Source of the DNA: the human T2T-CHM13v2.0 reference genome, Homo sapiens | Direction: 5' to 3' (one strand) | DNA: 64,000 nt | NCBI RefSeq assembly: GCF_009914755.1 | Contig: NC_060940.1 | Shown here: piece after piece, positions 39,391-64,000 of the stretch | Layout of the letters: every line of letters starts with the position of its first letter | Numbering within the stretch: the stretch's first letter is position 1 | The notes under the pieces: generated by a model | The model's input: the letters and a program-made list of their open reading frames with translations, nothing else | What the model was told of the DNA's origin: nothing | Databases searched by the model: none | Made by a program: the position numbers and the translations under genes

Positions 39391-41703
39391 ATAAAAGAGA
39401 TAAAACTTGTATGTGACTTGTTTTTCTTCCCTATCTTTACCATAGAAAAATAGGATCCAAAAATTTCCGCAAATATCCTGGTAGGACTTGGAAACTCAGT
39501 CTTTCTTGCCCTTGAAGAAAAGAGAACTAGTTTTTTGGTTTTTAATGATTTGGTGTCAAGGTCTGCTGTAAAAGAGGAGAACAGTGGCTTGAGGACAGAG
39601 AAGACAGGAAATACCTCACCTAGACACCTAGACACAGGAAGGAGGAAGGATTTTCCAAAGCACAAAAGAGGGGAGAAACTGAAAACTTAGGAAAGTTCTC
39701 TGAGGGGGGCATTGCTCAAACATCCAGGAGCCCCAGGGAGCCAAGGCCCCACTGGTTGACCTCAGGCTTGAGGTTCAAGGGAGTGCCCAGGGGTGCTTCA
39801 CTGATCAGAATCTGGCCCCCATCCATGCCTGCCCTGCCCAGGGCTGTACTACCAACGTCCACTTGCTCCCACACCTGGTACTCCCATGCTCCCCTAAGCA
39901 AGGCAGATTTTCAGCTCTGGTAGAGCCAAACTGAATGTCAACTGTAGGTTGATAAACAGCCATTTCCCCAAGTCCCCAGGTGCCCCTTACTGCCCAGCTG
40001 CTCCAGGCCCTCCACTATCCTCAAAATCTAACACTTAAAGAGTGAATGCCTGTTTTCACACAGGGCCTCCAGCATCTCCAGCAAGACTGTTCTGATTGTC
40101 TCATGCCTGTAAAGAGCTGGTTGTTAAATATGTGGGTCAGTGCAGAAACTGACCTGAATAAGTCCCAGGCTCCCTGGGCTGGGATCCTCATTTCTCTTGC
40201 TTTCTCCTAACCTGATTAACTGTGAGCCTTTACAGACTTGCTATCTATAGGTCCATGGTCTCTCTCAGGGTACATTGTACCAGATCCACAGTTTGCAGGG
40301 CTGAAGCCACCCCGGGATCATCTGGGCCTCAGTTCCAAAAACTGTTTGCTACTATACTCAACACACCACCTCGCTTCACCCTTCTTATTCTGCCCCAAGC
40401 ATTGTCTTCCCCACTGTACACATGAGGAAATTGGCTCAGAGAGGGAGGAGTTGATCCCAATTCACATGGCTAGGAAGTAGAAAGGCCAGGACTCAAGTAG
40501 AAAGGAAGTAGAAAGGCCAGTCACAGGGCCATTTTAAGACCTTGATAAGCCTGGAGCATTCTCAGCTTTGAAGCCCCCATCACATGGCTTCGAACACATG
40601 AGCATGCACCTCCCTCTGCAGAATAAATGCAATGGACCCACAACCGTGTGCTCTGAGTTGCACTGGACCAGTGGACATAATTATGTCTAGGAGACATTTA
40701 ACAAACAACTATGTAATTCAATTTGGCAACTCCATTTCCTATTTCAGAGTAAGGATAATTTTCCAGGACTCAGACATTTTTGTAAGCCCTACATTGCTGT
40801 AATACCAAAAGCCTACAATACGTTGAAACTTTGGTCTTCTCAAAGCATGCCCAGCTCCTCCCCTTCTCTCTGCAGTATAATCCCCATTTTACACACAAGG
40901 AAACCATAACAGGGTGCCTCTGGATACAAATAGCAGAGTACTCCGACTCACAATTGCTGAAGCAAAATAACATGACTCTATTATTGTGACTTTATTATTC
41001 CAGGAAATGCTTGCCCAGAAAGACAAAAGTTGCAAATAACCTTACTCCTTGAGTTCAGGAAAATCCATTAATAAAACCACACAGCTCTTCAACAGGGAGC
41101 ATCAAAGAAAGCTCCAAGAGTCTTTGAAGCCCTCACTTCACTGTGACCACCAATACAAAACTGTGACCAACAATCCTAAACTATTATAACATGATCCTTA
41201 CCCAGCCCTGATTAAGTCCGACATCAAAGGACCTGCCTTAAACCAAACCCCAAAACCTCAGTATCTCAACTTTGCCCTCCCCACCTCCACTCTACAATGA
41301 CTCTTTCAAGGTGGTGCTTCCCCTTAGCACAAGCAACAACCCAGTTTTGTCTTATCAGCTGCTTGCTTTGATGCTATTTCCAGGAGCCAGCATTTGAAGA
41401 GGGAACCAGGACCAACACCGTCGGCTGTGTCCAATGAGGTAGGATGAAGCACTGGAGTAAATTTCCCTGGAGAGGTGCGCACTGCCTGCCAACAAGAAAG
41501 GGGAAAGCAGTGAGCTGAGATCGCCCCACTGCACTCCAGCCTGGGCGTCAGAGTGAGACTCTCAAAAAATAATAATAATAAAACATTAAAAAGGCGGGGG
41601 AGGGGGGGCGGGGGGGGTACCGGAGAAGCAGGCGTCAGTGTTCTACTACAGTCCCACAGTAGTAGAACGTAGTCATGGTGTCTTTGCTATTCGTGCTGAA
41701 TAG

Positions 41704-42046
<343 letters not shown>

Positions 42047-42336
42047 AACTAACTTATTTTCAAAATAAGTATAGAATTAACCAACCATACCTCCTTAATT
42101 GATGGTTCTCTTAATCTTGATTCCAAGGGTCTTAACTATCTGGATGTACTCATTGTATGCTAAACAGACACCAAAAGGATTGACTAATCTCATTTTTATG
42201 TACAGAGAATCAATTCCCGAAAAATGCTGCAGGTTTTGCATTTGTTTTAAAATTTTAAAGGTCATAATATTTATTAATACATATTTATACCCTTAGAATT
42301 CCCAATCTGGCAGCAAATAGAGTCCCATTCTATTAT

Positions 42337-42386
42337 GCCATTGAAAGTAATGATAAAAACCGCAGTTACTTTTGCACCAACCTAAT
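42337..42386. mobile_element. MADE1 (mariner-derived MITE) half element
   Basis: GCCATTGAAAGTAATGATAAAAACCGCAGTTACTTTTGCACCAACCTAATA resembles the Hsmar1 terminal inverted repeat. Confidence 0.7.
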
Positions 42387-42789
42387 AAAACCATGATTAA
42401 AAAAATAATAAACATTTAAAAAGCGGTGGGGGGAGGGGGGCGCGGGGGCGAGCCGGAGAAGCAGGCGTCAGTGTTTGCTAAAGAAACCAAGGCCCAGAAG
42501 AGAGTTAAATGTTTTGCCCAAGGTCAGGCAAAGAGTTGGCAGGAGGTCTAGAGGAGAATTCAGGCTTCCTCATCTAAACTCCAAGCTTTTCCGCCCAAGC
42601 AGGGCATGCCCTGGGGCCAACCCCTCCAGGAAGCCTGGGTAGTGTCCTTCCCTGCATTTCCCCAGTGGCTGCTGCCTCAAGGTGACTCAGAAGGAAGCTG
42701 TTGTCTCTAGTTCCTCCTCACCAATCCAGCTGGTCTTAGGATCGGGAAAAAGATAAGCTAATTGTCTGGTGGTTAATTAACTCCAGCCA

Positions 42790-43400
42790 ACTAATGATCT
42801 GAACTTGCCGCGGATACCCAGCCAGCGGAAGTGCGGTTAACTGCCCGAGGGATGCCCCGAACACCGGCCGAGCCAACTTCCGGCCGCAGAGGCTGCCGGG
42901 CAGGGGTTATGGCGGCCGCCGGAGTGAGCCAGCTTGGTGTCCGGGGACACTTGGGGCACTGCGGATGGACAGCGCTGGTTTTCAATACCAGGGACCTAAG
43001 TCCGGGTGGGGAGCGGCCCCTCAGCGCCCCAGACCCCTGCCACGGTGCCGGTGACGGGCCACGCCCAAAATATCAGGAAAAGCGTCTCAGTCCTCCTTGT
43101 GGGCGGAGAAGAGACCCAGCGGCCGAGCCCGGGGGCCTCAGATCCCCAGCTGCTCATTGGCCTGTGTCTGTCGCCCCCCGGTGGCCGCGTGAGGGACTGG
43201 AGCCCGGCTTTGCTCCTCCCGTTGGCCTCGTTTCTCTTCCTGGCTTTGCGTGTCCCGACCACTAAAAGCCCCAAACATGACGAAGTAAAATGGGCACCGT
43301 CAAAAACCGCATTTGAAGACAGTGCGCATGAGCGCATGGTTAAGTTTTCAGACGTTTTGCAAGCTGGATGTTAAATACATTTTTTGACGTCATTGTTAAA
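42790..43400. promoter_or_regulatory. Orphan CpG island with housekeeping-type promoter motifs
   Basis: GCGGAAGTG ~42824, ACTTCCGG ~42875, ATGGCGGC ~42909, NRF1-like TGCGCATGAGCGCA 43323-43336, CRE TGACGTCA ~43386, CTCF-like motif 43171-43187. Confidence 0.7.
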
Positions 43401-45993
43401 AAATAAATTTTATGAGCCTACAATTAAATACATTATATTAAAAACAAAGGTAGACGCCTGCGCGGTGGCTCACGCCTGCAATCCCAGCACTTTGGGAGGC
43501 CGAGGCGGGTGGATCACCTGAGGTCAGGAGTTCAAGACCAACCTGGGCAACATGGTGAAACCCCATCTCCACTAAAAGTACAAAAATTAGCTGGGCGTGG
43601 TGGCGCGCACCTGTAATCCCAGCTACTTGGGAGGCTGAGGCAGGAGAATCGCTTGAACCTGGAGGTGGAGGTTGCAGTGATCTGAGATCATGCCACTGCA
43701 CTCCAGCCTGGGAGACAGAACGACTTACTGTCCAAAAAATAATAAATAAACAAATGAAGAAAGAAAACACTCAAAATGTATCACTGGTTAATTGTTTTGC
43801 TGTTTTACTACTATCTGTGTTCTTGGAGTGATTTACATCCATCTTATCTGTATGGTGGGAATACTATATAATAGTGTGCTATTGCACGTTTCTTTCCAAC
43901 TCTATGTTCAATGACATCATATTGGAGACTTGAAATCGGCTATGGTGGGAATATTTACACCATAGAAATTGGTAAACTGTAGAAATCAGGGCTTTTTTTT
44001 TTTCTTCCCAGAAAGTCAGTTGTTAAACATTCAGCAGCATACCACTGGAGTCAGACAATAGCCAACGTGGAGAGACAGAACAAGGTCCGTGTCTTTTTGG
44101 GGTCAGCATAGGAACATAATCATTTTCTGCTTTATTAAGACTCAGCGCAGAAACTGACACATGGTGCTCCATGAGTGTTTGAGGAAGAGCAGGAGAGAGG
44201 AAATTATGTGCTTCGCTGGGCTCTCAATTTACTTATCAGTTTGCCTAACCTTGACCCTCACCGGGACTCTTACCTCAACCTTTTCTCTCCAATTATCCTA
44301 ACAGCCCTTGGTGCACCACGTGCAAGGCCTGAATGCTAACAATTGAAAGCGTTTCAAAAGCGAAAGTCAGCCAGGGAAGGATTTTGAGTTGGGGGTGATA
44401 AAATCAACTTTGCTTTAGGATGAGAATCAGCCATCTGTTTGTGGAACAGGTTGAGGAGAGGAACAACCAGCAGCAGGGAGACCAAGACTTTGTTCCACAC
44501 TGACCGTGTGTTAGGCCTGTGTAGAGAGAGATGGGGCTGCAGGGGTGAGCTTAAGCCGCGATCCTTGGCTCCAGGAGCTCAGTCTTCTGAGGCAGGAGAT
44601 AGTAAACAGACAATCACTGTGACTGTGATGTACACACTGGGGGAGAAGGCAGGTTGAAGTCCTGGAGAGCAACTCACTCTGCCTGAAGGAGGCAAGGAAG
44701 CAGTGAGCCAACCCAGAACTCGTAGGGCTTACAGTCAGAGGGACGCTGTCAAAAAAGGGAAGACAGGAGATGACAGCATGTGAAAACTGCCTAGGCAAAG
44801 CCTGGAAAGGAAAAACCGCAGGAGACTGATGGGAGATGAAGCTGGAGAGGGTTAGAGTTTCTCACTGCAGACTGAGCATTTTTGAGACGGGGTCTCGCTC
44901 TGTCACCCAGGCTGGAGTGCAGTGGTGCGATCTCAGCCTCCTGGGTTCAAGCACTTCTCTTACCTCAGCCTCCTGAGTAGTTGGGACTACAGGCACATGC
45001 TACCACGCCCAGCTAATTTTTTGTATTTTTAGTAGAGACAGGGTTTCACTGTGTTAGCCAGGATGGTCTCGATCTCTTGACCTCGTGATCCGCCCTCCTC
45101 GGCCTCCCAAAGTGCTGGGATTACAGGTGTCAGCCACTGCGCCTGGCAGGGGAGGTTCTTTACTGTTCTCCAGGCTTGAGCTCTCTTGTCTCCAGCGAAC
45201 CAGCTCTTCAGCTGTGTCTCCTGCCCTGTCTCTGCAATCTAGCCAAGAATGAATCCTGATTCCGCAGCGTGGCCGAAGGTTGGTGGCTGTATATCTGGCC
45301 CACAATGTCCTTTATCCCCAAAGCTCCATTCAAGCATGTCTGTCTGTCTATCCTTTTATCTCTTTTCTCTCTCAGCATTTTGTAAAATTTGCCCAACTTT
45401 AGCATATAGCTGGATGCCTTGACTCACAGTGAATCCCTCAGGTTTTTTTTGAGGCAGGGTATCATTATATTATCCATGCTGAAGTGCAGTGGTTATTCAC
45501 AGACGTGACCATAGTGCACCACACCCTTGAACTCCAGGGATCAAGCCATCCTCTTGCCTCAGCCTCCCGAGTAGCTGGGAACACAGGCTCATACCACTGA
45601 GTCTGGCTACCAATAATTTTTATTTTAACAATCTGTAGGTCAAACCTGAAAAACCGCCTCTAAATAACTTATAATTTTGATATATTTACGTTTCGATCCT
45701 TACGATGTTTGCATTTTGTTTCTGTATTCCAGGGTTGCAAGCATATTCTACTTTTCCCAATATGTTTATAGTTTGAGGTTTTAAAAACATTTTTATGAAC
45801 AATATAAAGATATACTATTTTCCAAATATGTTAAGTAATTTTTTCAGCAATGTTTATTGAATCAATCATCTTTTCATTCCCCAGTGATTTAAAATGACAT
45901 CAACGTAAGATATATCTGTATATATCTGTTAGGGTAAAATTCATTTGTGTGATCGAGGAAGCAGAACCCTCAAGGAGCGATGTAACATAATTA

Positions 45994-46266
<273 letters not shown>

Positions 46267-46298
46267 TCAAAAGAAAAAAAAGAATTAGGCCAGGCTCA

Positions 46299-46448
<150 letters not shown>

Positions 46449-47135
46449 TTAAATTAATAAAGTAAGTATAGGGATTGGATTTTCCGTGACTATGGGAGCA
46501 AGCCCAGGGAGCTGCCTCCAGTTGACTTCTGCACCTACGTTGGCTGAAGCTGGTTGTAGCAAGGAGCGCTAATAGGAAAAAATTATGTGTGAAGCAGGGA
46601 GTGTGAGAAGATGGAGCCACGTCTGTCTCTCACTGCCTACAGCCTCAATATCAAACAGAATAAGCTGCTGCCTGCTACCTCAACTCTGCACACGCCTGGC
46701 TCAGACTCTGAGCAGCCAATGGAGGAGACATGGTGGGAGCTGAGGGAGCCGAGGGCCTGGCTACTGCCCAAAGCGGGCAGCACAGTGAGCTACGATGGGG
46801 ACTCATCCCCACTCCCCACGCTGACCCCAGAGCTGCATGGCTGATGCTTCACTTAAACCTTCTGATCTTGCACAAACTTCTCTTAAGGCCAGTCATCATA
46901 ACATGGAAGGGAATTCTGAAAAGATATTCCAGGCCAATTCTCATCAAAACCAAGCTGGGGCCAGGTGCAGTGGCTCATATTATTTTATAAATAATAAAAA
47001 AGTATTAAAATTTGTTCGCTGGGCGTGGTGGCTCATGCCTGTAATCCCAGCACTTTGGGAGGCTGAGGTGGGCGGATCACAAGGTCAGGAGATGGAGACC
47101 ATCCTGGCTAACATGGTGAAACCCCGTCTCTACTA

Positions 47136-47326
<191 letters not shown>

Positions 47327-48250
47327 TTATAGAGTTGTTACATCTCCCACTATGATTATAGGGGTTACTTTGTCAATTTTTATTTGTAATGTGCCCATTT
47401 TTTCTTTATATCTTTGAGGTTATGATGTTAGGTGCATACAAACTCATGATTCTTAGGTCTTCTTCTCAAAAAAAAAAAAAGAAGGAAGGAAAGAAGGGGA
47501 GGGAAGGGGAAGGGGAAGGAAGGTTAGGTTCAAGCTATATTTATCCCACGATTGAAACCAAATACTTTAGGAATGTGTGTGCCTAGGCTTTGCGCATTGG
47601 TAATTTGATTCTGAGCTGACATCTACTGAAATAAACATTCCTTCCTCACCCATAAAGGCCAGGATTTTTTTCAACACTTAAAACATCTGATTGAAAAAAG
47701 ACAATGGAACCCCAGAATGAGGAAAGTATCAATATAAAATATATCAGTGAATGTTTTCAACAATGTAACAATTAGCTTAACAATTGACATGCAGTATAAA
47801 CAAGTAGTAATTTTAGTGTAAAAAGGTTATGAAAATATGCAGAAAATACACGTCTAAAGTCAAGAAGCAAAAGATATTTTAAGGCCAGGCACTGTGGCTC
47901 ATACTTGTAATCCCAGCACTTTGGGAGGCCAAGGCGGGTGGATCACCTGAGGTCATGGTGAAACCCTGTCTCTACTAAAAATACAAAAATTAGCCAGGCG
48001 TGGTGGCACATGACCGTAATCCCAGCTACTCCAGAGGCTGAGGCAGGAGAATCACTTGAACCCCAGGAGGTGGAGGTTACAGTGAGCTGAGGTCACACCA
48101 CTGCACTCCAGTCTAGGCGACAGAGTGAGACTCCATCTAAAAAAAAAAAAAAAAGACATTTTAGTTTTACTTTCTGGTATTTAAGATAAATTATGTGGAA
48201 AAAGTGAAATTACTGATGTTCAAACAATTTTTGAGGGGCAATTTTAATAG

Positions 48251-48490
<240 letters not shown>

Positions 48491-49360
48491 TAGTAGAGAT
48501 GAGGTCTCCCTATGTTGCCCAGGATAGTCTCAAACTCCTGATCTCAAGTGATCCTCCTACCTCAAGCCTTTCAAAGTGCTGGGATTACAGGCATGGGCCA
48601 CTGAGCCCGGCCAGAAAATTGACCATTTTAAAGTGTACAATTCCGTGGCTTTTGGTCTGTTCACAAAGTTGTGCATTGATAATCATTAATTCCAAAAATG
48701 TTTCATCACCCCCAAAAAGAAAACTAGTGCCCTAGTAGCAGTCACTCCCCCAAGCCCCTGGCAACCAACCAGTAGTCCACCTTCTGTCTCTGAATTTGCC
48801 CGTTCCAGACATTTCACATAAATGAACTCATGTAGCCTCTCGTGTGTGGCTTCTCTCACTTGGCATCATGTTTCAAGGTTCATGCCCGTCGTAGCATGTA
48901 TTGTATTTCCATTGCAGGGATAGACCACGTTTCATTTAATTGTTAATCATTTAAATGATTAAATGGACATCTGTATCACTTCATATTTGTTTCACTATCA
49001 TAAATAATTCAAAAATCCGTGTGGCTAAATCCCTGTCACTTGTGGACAGTCCAAAGCAGTCAAATTGCCATGAAACCACCAAGTTGAAGGGATCAACAGG
49101 ACCCCTGCCCACCGCGTGGGTGCCTTCAGCAGCCTGCACCCCGGCAAAGCTGAGGTGTTTGGATTAAGAAATGGGGGAGGGGCAGGGCGTGGTGTCTCAC
49201 GCCTCTAATCCCAGCACTTTGGGAGGCCGAAGAGGGCGGACTCTTTGAGGTCAGGAGTTCGAAAACAGCCTGGCCAACATGCTGAAATCCCATCTCTGCT
49301 AAAAATCCAAAAAAATCAGCGGGACGGGATGGTACACACCAGTAATCGGGAGGCTACTCA

Positions 49361-49600
<240 letters not shown>

Positions 49601-49959
49601 TCATCCGGGTCAGAGCCGGAACCTGGGGACATTCTGGCCGATGCTCTTGGCGGCCAGGAGAGGGCGCGCGCGGACTCAGCGGCCGCCCGACTGCCTCACC
49701 AGGACCTAGACCGTGCCGGCCGCCAGGAGGGCGGTTCTGCGCCGCAGCCTCAGTCCCTTCTCAGGATGGGGAGAACTTGCTGATAATGTTTTGTTTTTTT
49801 TTTTTTTTTTTTTTTTTAACACAAAAGACCATTATCAACAGTATAAACAAACGCATTTATGATGATCTGTGTCCCCCAATATTCATGTATTGAAACTTTT
49901 TTTTTTTTTTGAGACGGAGTGTCGTGGAGGCCAGCGGATAACTGGAGGTCAGGAGTTCA

Positions 49960-50298
<339 letters not shown>

Positions 50299-50389
50299 TT
50301 AAAAGGGCGACAGAGCGAGACTCTGTCTTAATTTAAAAAAAAAAATTTAGCCAGGCGCGGTGGTGGGCACCTGTAGCCCCAGCTACTCA

Positions 50390-50488
<99 letters not shown>

Positions 50489-50555
50489 TCAAAAAAAGAA
50501 AGGAAGGAAGGGAGGGAGGGAGGGAGGGAGGAAGGAAGGGAGAGAAAGAAAAAGG

Positions 50556-55113
<4,558 letters not shown>

Positions 55114-55292
55114 GACTAAGGAATATAAATTTTAAAACCAAGACTCACCAGGCACGGTGGCTCATGCCTGTAATCCCAACACTTTGGGAGGCCGAGATGG
55201 GTGGATCACAAGGTCAGGTGTTCAAGACCAGCCTGGACAACATAGTGAAACCCCGTCTCTGCTAAAAACACAAAAAAAATTAGCCGGGCTTA

Positions 55293-55427
<135 letters not shown>

Positions 55428-56185
55428 TCAAACAAAAACAAAAAGAAACAGAAAACAACCAAGACTCTTATCAGTCCACATGACAATACTCTGTGAATTC
55501 TCACAATGGCTGTAGGAGGTGGGTGCGTTATCACCCCCATTTATCAGGTGAAGACACTGAGGCACAGAGAGGGGATGTAATTGCTCATTCACACAGCTGG
55601 CAATTGACACAGCAGGGACTTGAACCCAAGCATCTAACCCCAAGCTTGTGCACTTCCTTGGGGACAATTTGGCTACATGTTTAAAAAGCTTTTAAAAATA
55701 TTTGCCTCCTTTGACCTCTTTTAAGACTTTCAAGAAATCTTTGGCTGGGTGCGGTGGCTCACACCTGTAATCCCAGCACTTTGGGAGGCTGAGGCGGGTG
55801 GATCACGAGGTCAGGAGTTCAAGACCAGCCTGGCCAAGATGGTGAAACTCCGTCTCTACTAAAAATACAAAAAAATTAGCTGGGTGCGGTGGCAGGCGCC
55901 TGTAATCTCAGCTACTTGGGAGGCTGAGGCAGGAGAACCACTTGAACCCAGGAGGCGGAGGTTGCAGTGAGCTGAGATCGTGCTACTGCACTCCGGTCTT
56001 GCCAACAGAGTGAGACTCTGTCTCAAAAAAAAAAAATCTTTAATATCTCGACAGGCAAGGTGGCTCACATGTCTAATCCCAGCACTTTTGGAGGCCGAGG
56101 TGGGCAGATCACCGGAGGTAACTCCGGTTTGATACCAGCCTGGCCAACATGGTGAAATCCCATCTCTACAAAAATATAAAAATTA

Positions 56186-56395
<210 letters not shown>

Positions 56396-56497
56396 TTAAA
56401 AACAACCAGTAGTCTGTGAATGATTAATAGATAACAGCAAATAAATGCACAAAGGTAGCTGGGCACGGTGGCTCACTCTTGTAATCCCAGCACTTTA

Positions 56498-56737
<240 letters not shown>

Positions 56738-56799
56738 CTAAAAAAAAAAAAAAAGCACAAAGGCCTTGAATGACACCAGACAATGCCCGGGGAGATAGG

Positions 56800-58600
56800 A
56801 TAGTGGGATGGGGGCAGCGGGAGACTTGGTAGCGGAGTCCACGGTGGGATTCAGAGACCTGCAGAGCCAGGGCCGGGAGGGGCAGGGCAGAGGAAGGGCG
56901 TGCAGCGACGCTGGCATTCGGACGTGAGAAGGCGGAAGGTGCGGGAGGCCCCAGAGGATCTCGACCTGGACCCTGGAGCCCTGGGGCGGTGGCACATTCA
57001 GCGGCCGCTTTAGAGCGAGGGGGGCGGGGCGCGGAGCCAGGCTTAGGGGGACCAAGGTGGCGGGGGTAGTGGGGGCGACCCCGCGGGGCTGGGAGAGCCG
57101 CGGTGAGCCTAGGGGGCTGTGCCGGGGCCGCTCTGGACGCTGCAGCCAAGTGTCCCAGGAAAGCAGCGCCCAGGGCCCCACAGCTCCCTGTGCCCGGACC
57201 CAGCCCAGTCCCACTGCAGTGGGTGGCTGGAGGATGGCGAGCGTCCCGGGTACCCCTTGGGCCGGGTGAACGTGGTTGGGCACGGAGAGGGCGGGGCCCG
57301 TGGGCACGGGTGGGCCCAATGGGCCAGGGCTGGACCAATAACGAGAAAGGATGAATGGACAGGGGCTGAACTACAGAGAGAGGGCGGGACTATTGGGCGA
57401 GGGCTGGACCAATGGGCAGGGGCTAAACTAATAGACGAGGGCTGGACCAATGGCGCGGATGAGGCTGCTGCGTCGTCAAGGATGCAGAGCTTAAAGCAAG
57501 GCAGTGGCTTCCATGAGCCTAAACACCTTCCCTCCGCACGCTCGGTATCGCGACGGGGGAGAGCAAAACCTTTAAACAAATGCTCCAGTTTTCCCCGCAG
57601 AGAGCCGGAGTCAAATCCGTGAGGAAGCCCGGGGGTCGCAGTGAAGCCCAACCCACTGGTGCTGGGAAAACCTCGCCCGCAACCCGGATCCAGGCCGCAG
57701 GTCCCCCGAGGCTCCGCCCCTGACGGCGACACTCAATCCCGGGTGTCCCCGCCCCCTTACTGAATTTTGGCCCCGCCTCCGCCCTCCGATTGGCCGGACG
57801 CCAGCTCTACGCCGCACGGGCAAGACGCGGAGGAGCGGCCCCAGCCAGAAGACAGGGCACCCGCGGCCTTGCTGCGCATGCTCGCGCTGTGACCCCGGCT
57901 TGAGGTAACAGCGCGAGCTGAGGCTGGGGCCCTTGGCGCGGAGGCTGAGGGACCCGCCGCGGCGCTGTCGCCGGAGAGGGAGGGCACCGCTGTCGTCGGT
58001 GAGGACGGGCCCTGGCGGGCGGGGAGGGTCCTGCGTCCTCGGCATGGACGAGTCCCCGGCCCGGCTCTCTCGGGGGTCCCGAGGGCTGCGGGTGCTGAGG
58101 AGGGGTCCGCGTCCTGGTGCTCAGGCCGCCTCCTGTGGGGTCTCCCGCGATTCCCTCTTTGCCTCTCGCCCCTCCTTCCCCACCCCCTCCAGTCCCTTGT
58201 CCAAAGCCTCAACACCCCCACACGAAGGAGGTCCGCACTCGCCCGCCGGTCCCTGGCCGTGTCCGCCGCGCCCAGCGCTGCCTTCCCGGCACCCCCCAAC
58301 CCCCGCCGGCCTCGTCCCACGGTTGCAGCTCGGGAGGTCCCTGCAGGGACGGCAGCGAGTTGGAGGCGTGAGATACTGGGGCGGGGGAGACACTCGGGGC
58401 CTCAGGGTGTGGGTATTCTTGAGAGAGGAGAGAGCCGGGGAGCTGGGACCATTTGGGCGCAGCCCAGCCCGCGTTTGATGCCAATTGCATTGGGTAAAGG
58501 AGTGAAATAAAGATTCTGAGCCCTGGTGATTAGGGGAAGGAGCTGCCATGGCTGAAATTGCCATGGTGGGGAAGCTCCGCGCTGCACACCTTAGAGTAGC
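56800..58600 (+). promoter_or_regulatory. FLYWCH2: Large CpG-island promoter and non-coding first exon(s), probably FLYWCH2
   Basis: Dense CpG, CCAAT array, GC boxes, NRF1-like TGCGCATGC ~57873, candidate donors GAG|GTAACA (57905) and TCG|GTGAGG (57999). The gene name rests only on recalled gene order; no FLYWCH2 coding sequence is seen. Confidence 0.6.
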
Positions 58601-59072
58601 AGTTCTTGGCCTTCTTGGGGCAGGGGTCACTGCCGGTTTTTTAAATCTCCCTGTGAGGACGTGTACTGCACACCTTAGTGTCCCGTCATCCTGTCGGGGT
58701 CAATAACAGCCCCGCTGTGGACTGCGTGGAGCAGTAATTATTGGGGAGCAGCTGTCCATATCGTCTGGGAACTTTTGCGATGACTTCACCCTTGCCTGTC
58801 ATCTTTTAACAGCCCCTGATAAATTCACCACTATTTCCGTTACGCAGATGAAACCTGCTGGGAGGGTAAGGGATTTGTCCTCGCGGCTGAGGATGCCGGT
58901 GCTGGTGGACATTAGTGATGTTTCTCCCCCGTGCGTATGAAGATGATTCTGTGGGTCCACCATGAGGCACCAGGCAGGGGTCCTGTCGTCCAGAACATCG
59001 TCAGTGAGGGATTGAACCTTGTATTAGTTTCCTGTTGCTGTCCTAACAAATAAGGTGGCTTAAAGCAACACA

Positions 59073-64000
<4,928 letters not shown>

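Noticed and set aside
42601-42612. AGGGCATGCCCT p53-family site
   Set aside because: Only a single half-site; insufficient without a partner

Overview
Human (primate) genomic DNA that matches the 16p13.3 tryptase/serine-protease cluster. The locus is identified from recognised proteins; no search was run. Left to right: (1) last exon and poly(A) signal of ZG16B (+). (2) A six-coding-exon trypsin-like pseudogene, PRSS30P (-), whose inactivating lesions are readable: a 1-nt insertion in CWVTGWG and a GT>GG donor mutation about 30 nt apart. (3) The intact PRSS22/tryptase epsilon gene (-, 6 coding exons, 954 nt, 317 aa). (4) About 30 kb of Alu/L1/LTR/DNA-transposon-rich DNA containing orphan CpG-rich promoter-like islands. 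(5) A large CpG-island promoter at ~56.8-58.6 kb, probably FLYWCH2 by recalled gene order. The main unexplained structures are: a scrambled two-piece copy of PRSS30P at 12.1-12.5 kb; a chain of five splice-competent, phase-compatible minus-strand exon-like units between PRSS22 and PRSS30P (one has a YWTD-repeat-like reading, and a GC-box/TATA cassette lies upstream in the PRSS22 3'UTR); short locally templated duplications; a 19-bp-periodic CCAAT array; and convergent CTCF-like motifs. Repeat subfamily calls and repeat boundaries are by eye and approximate.
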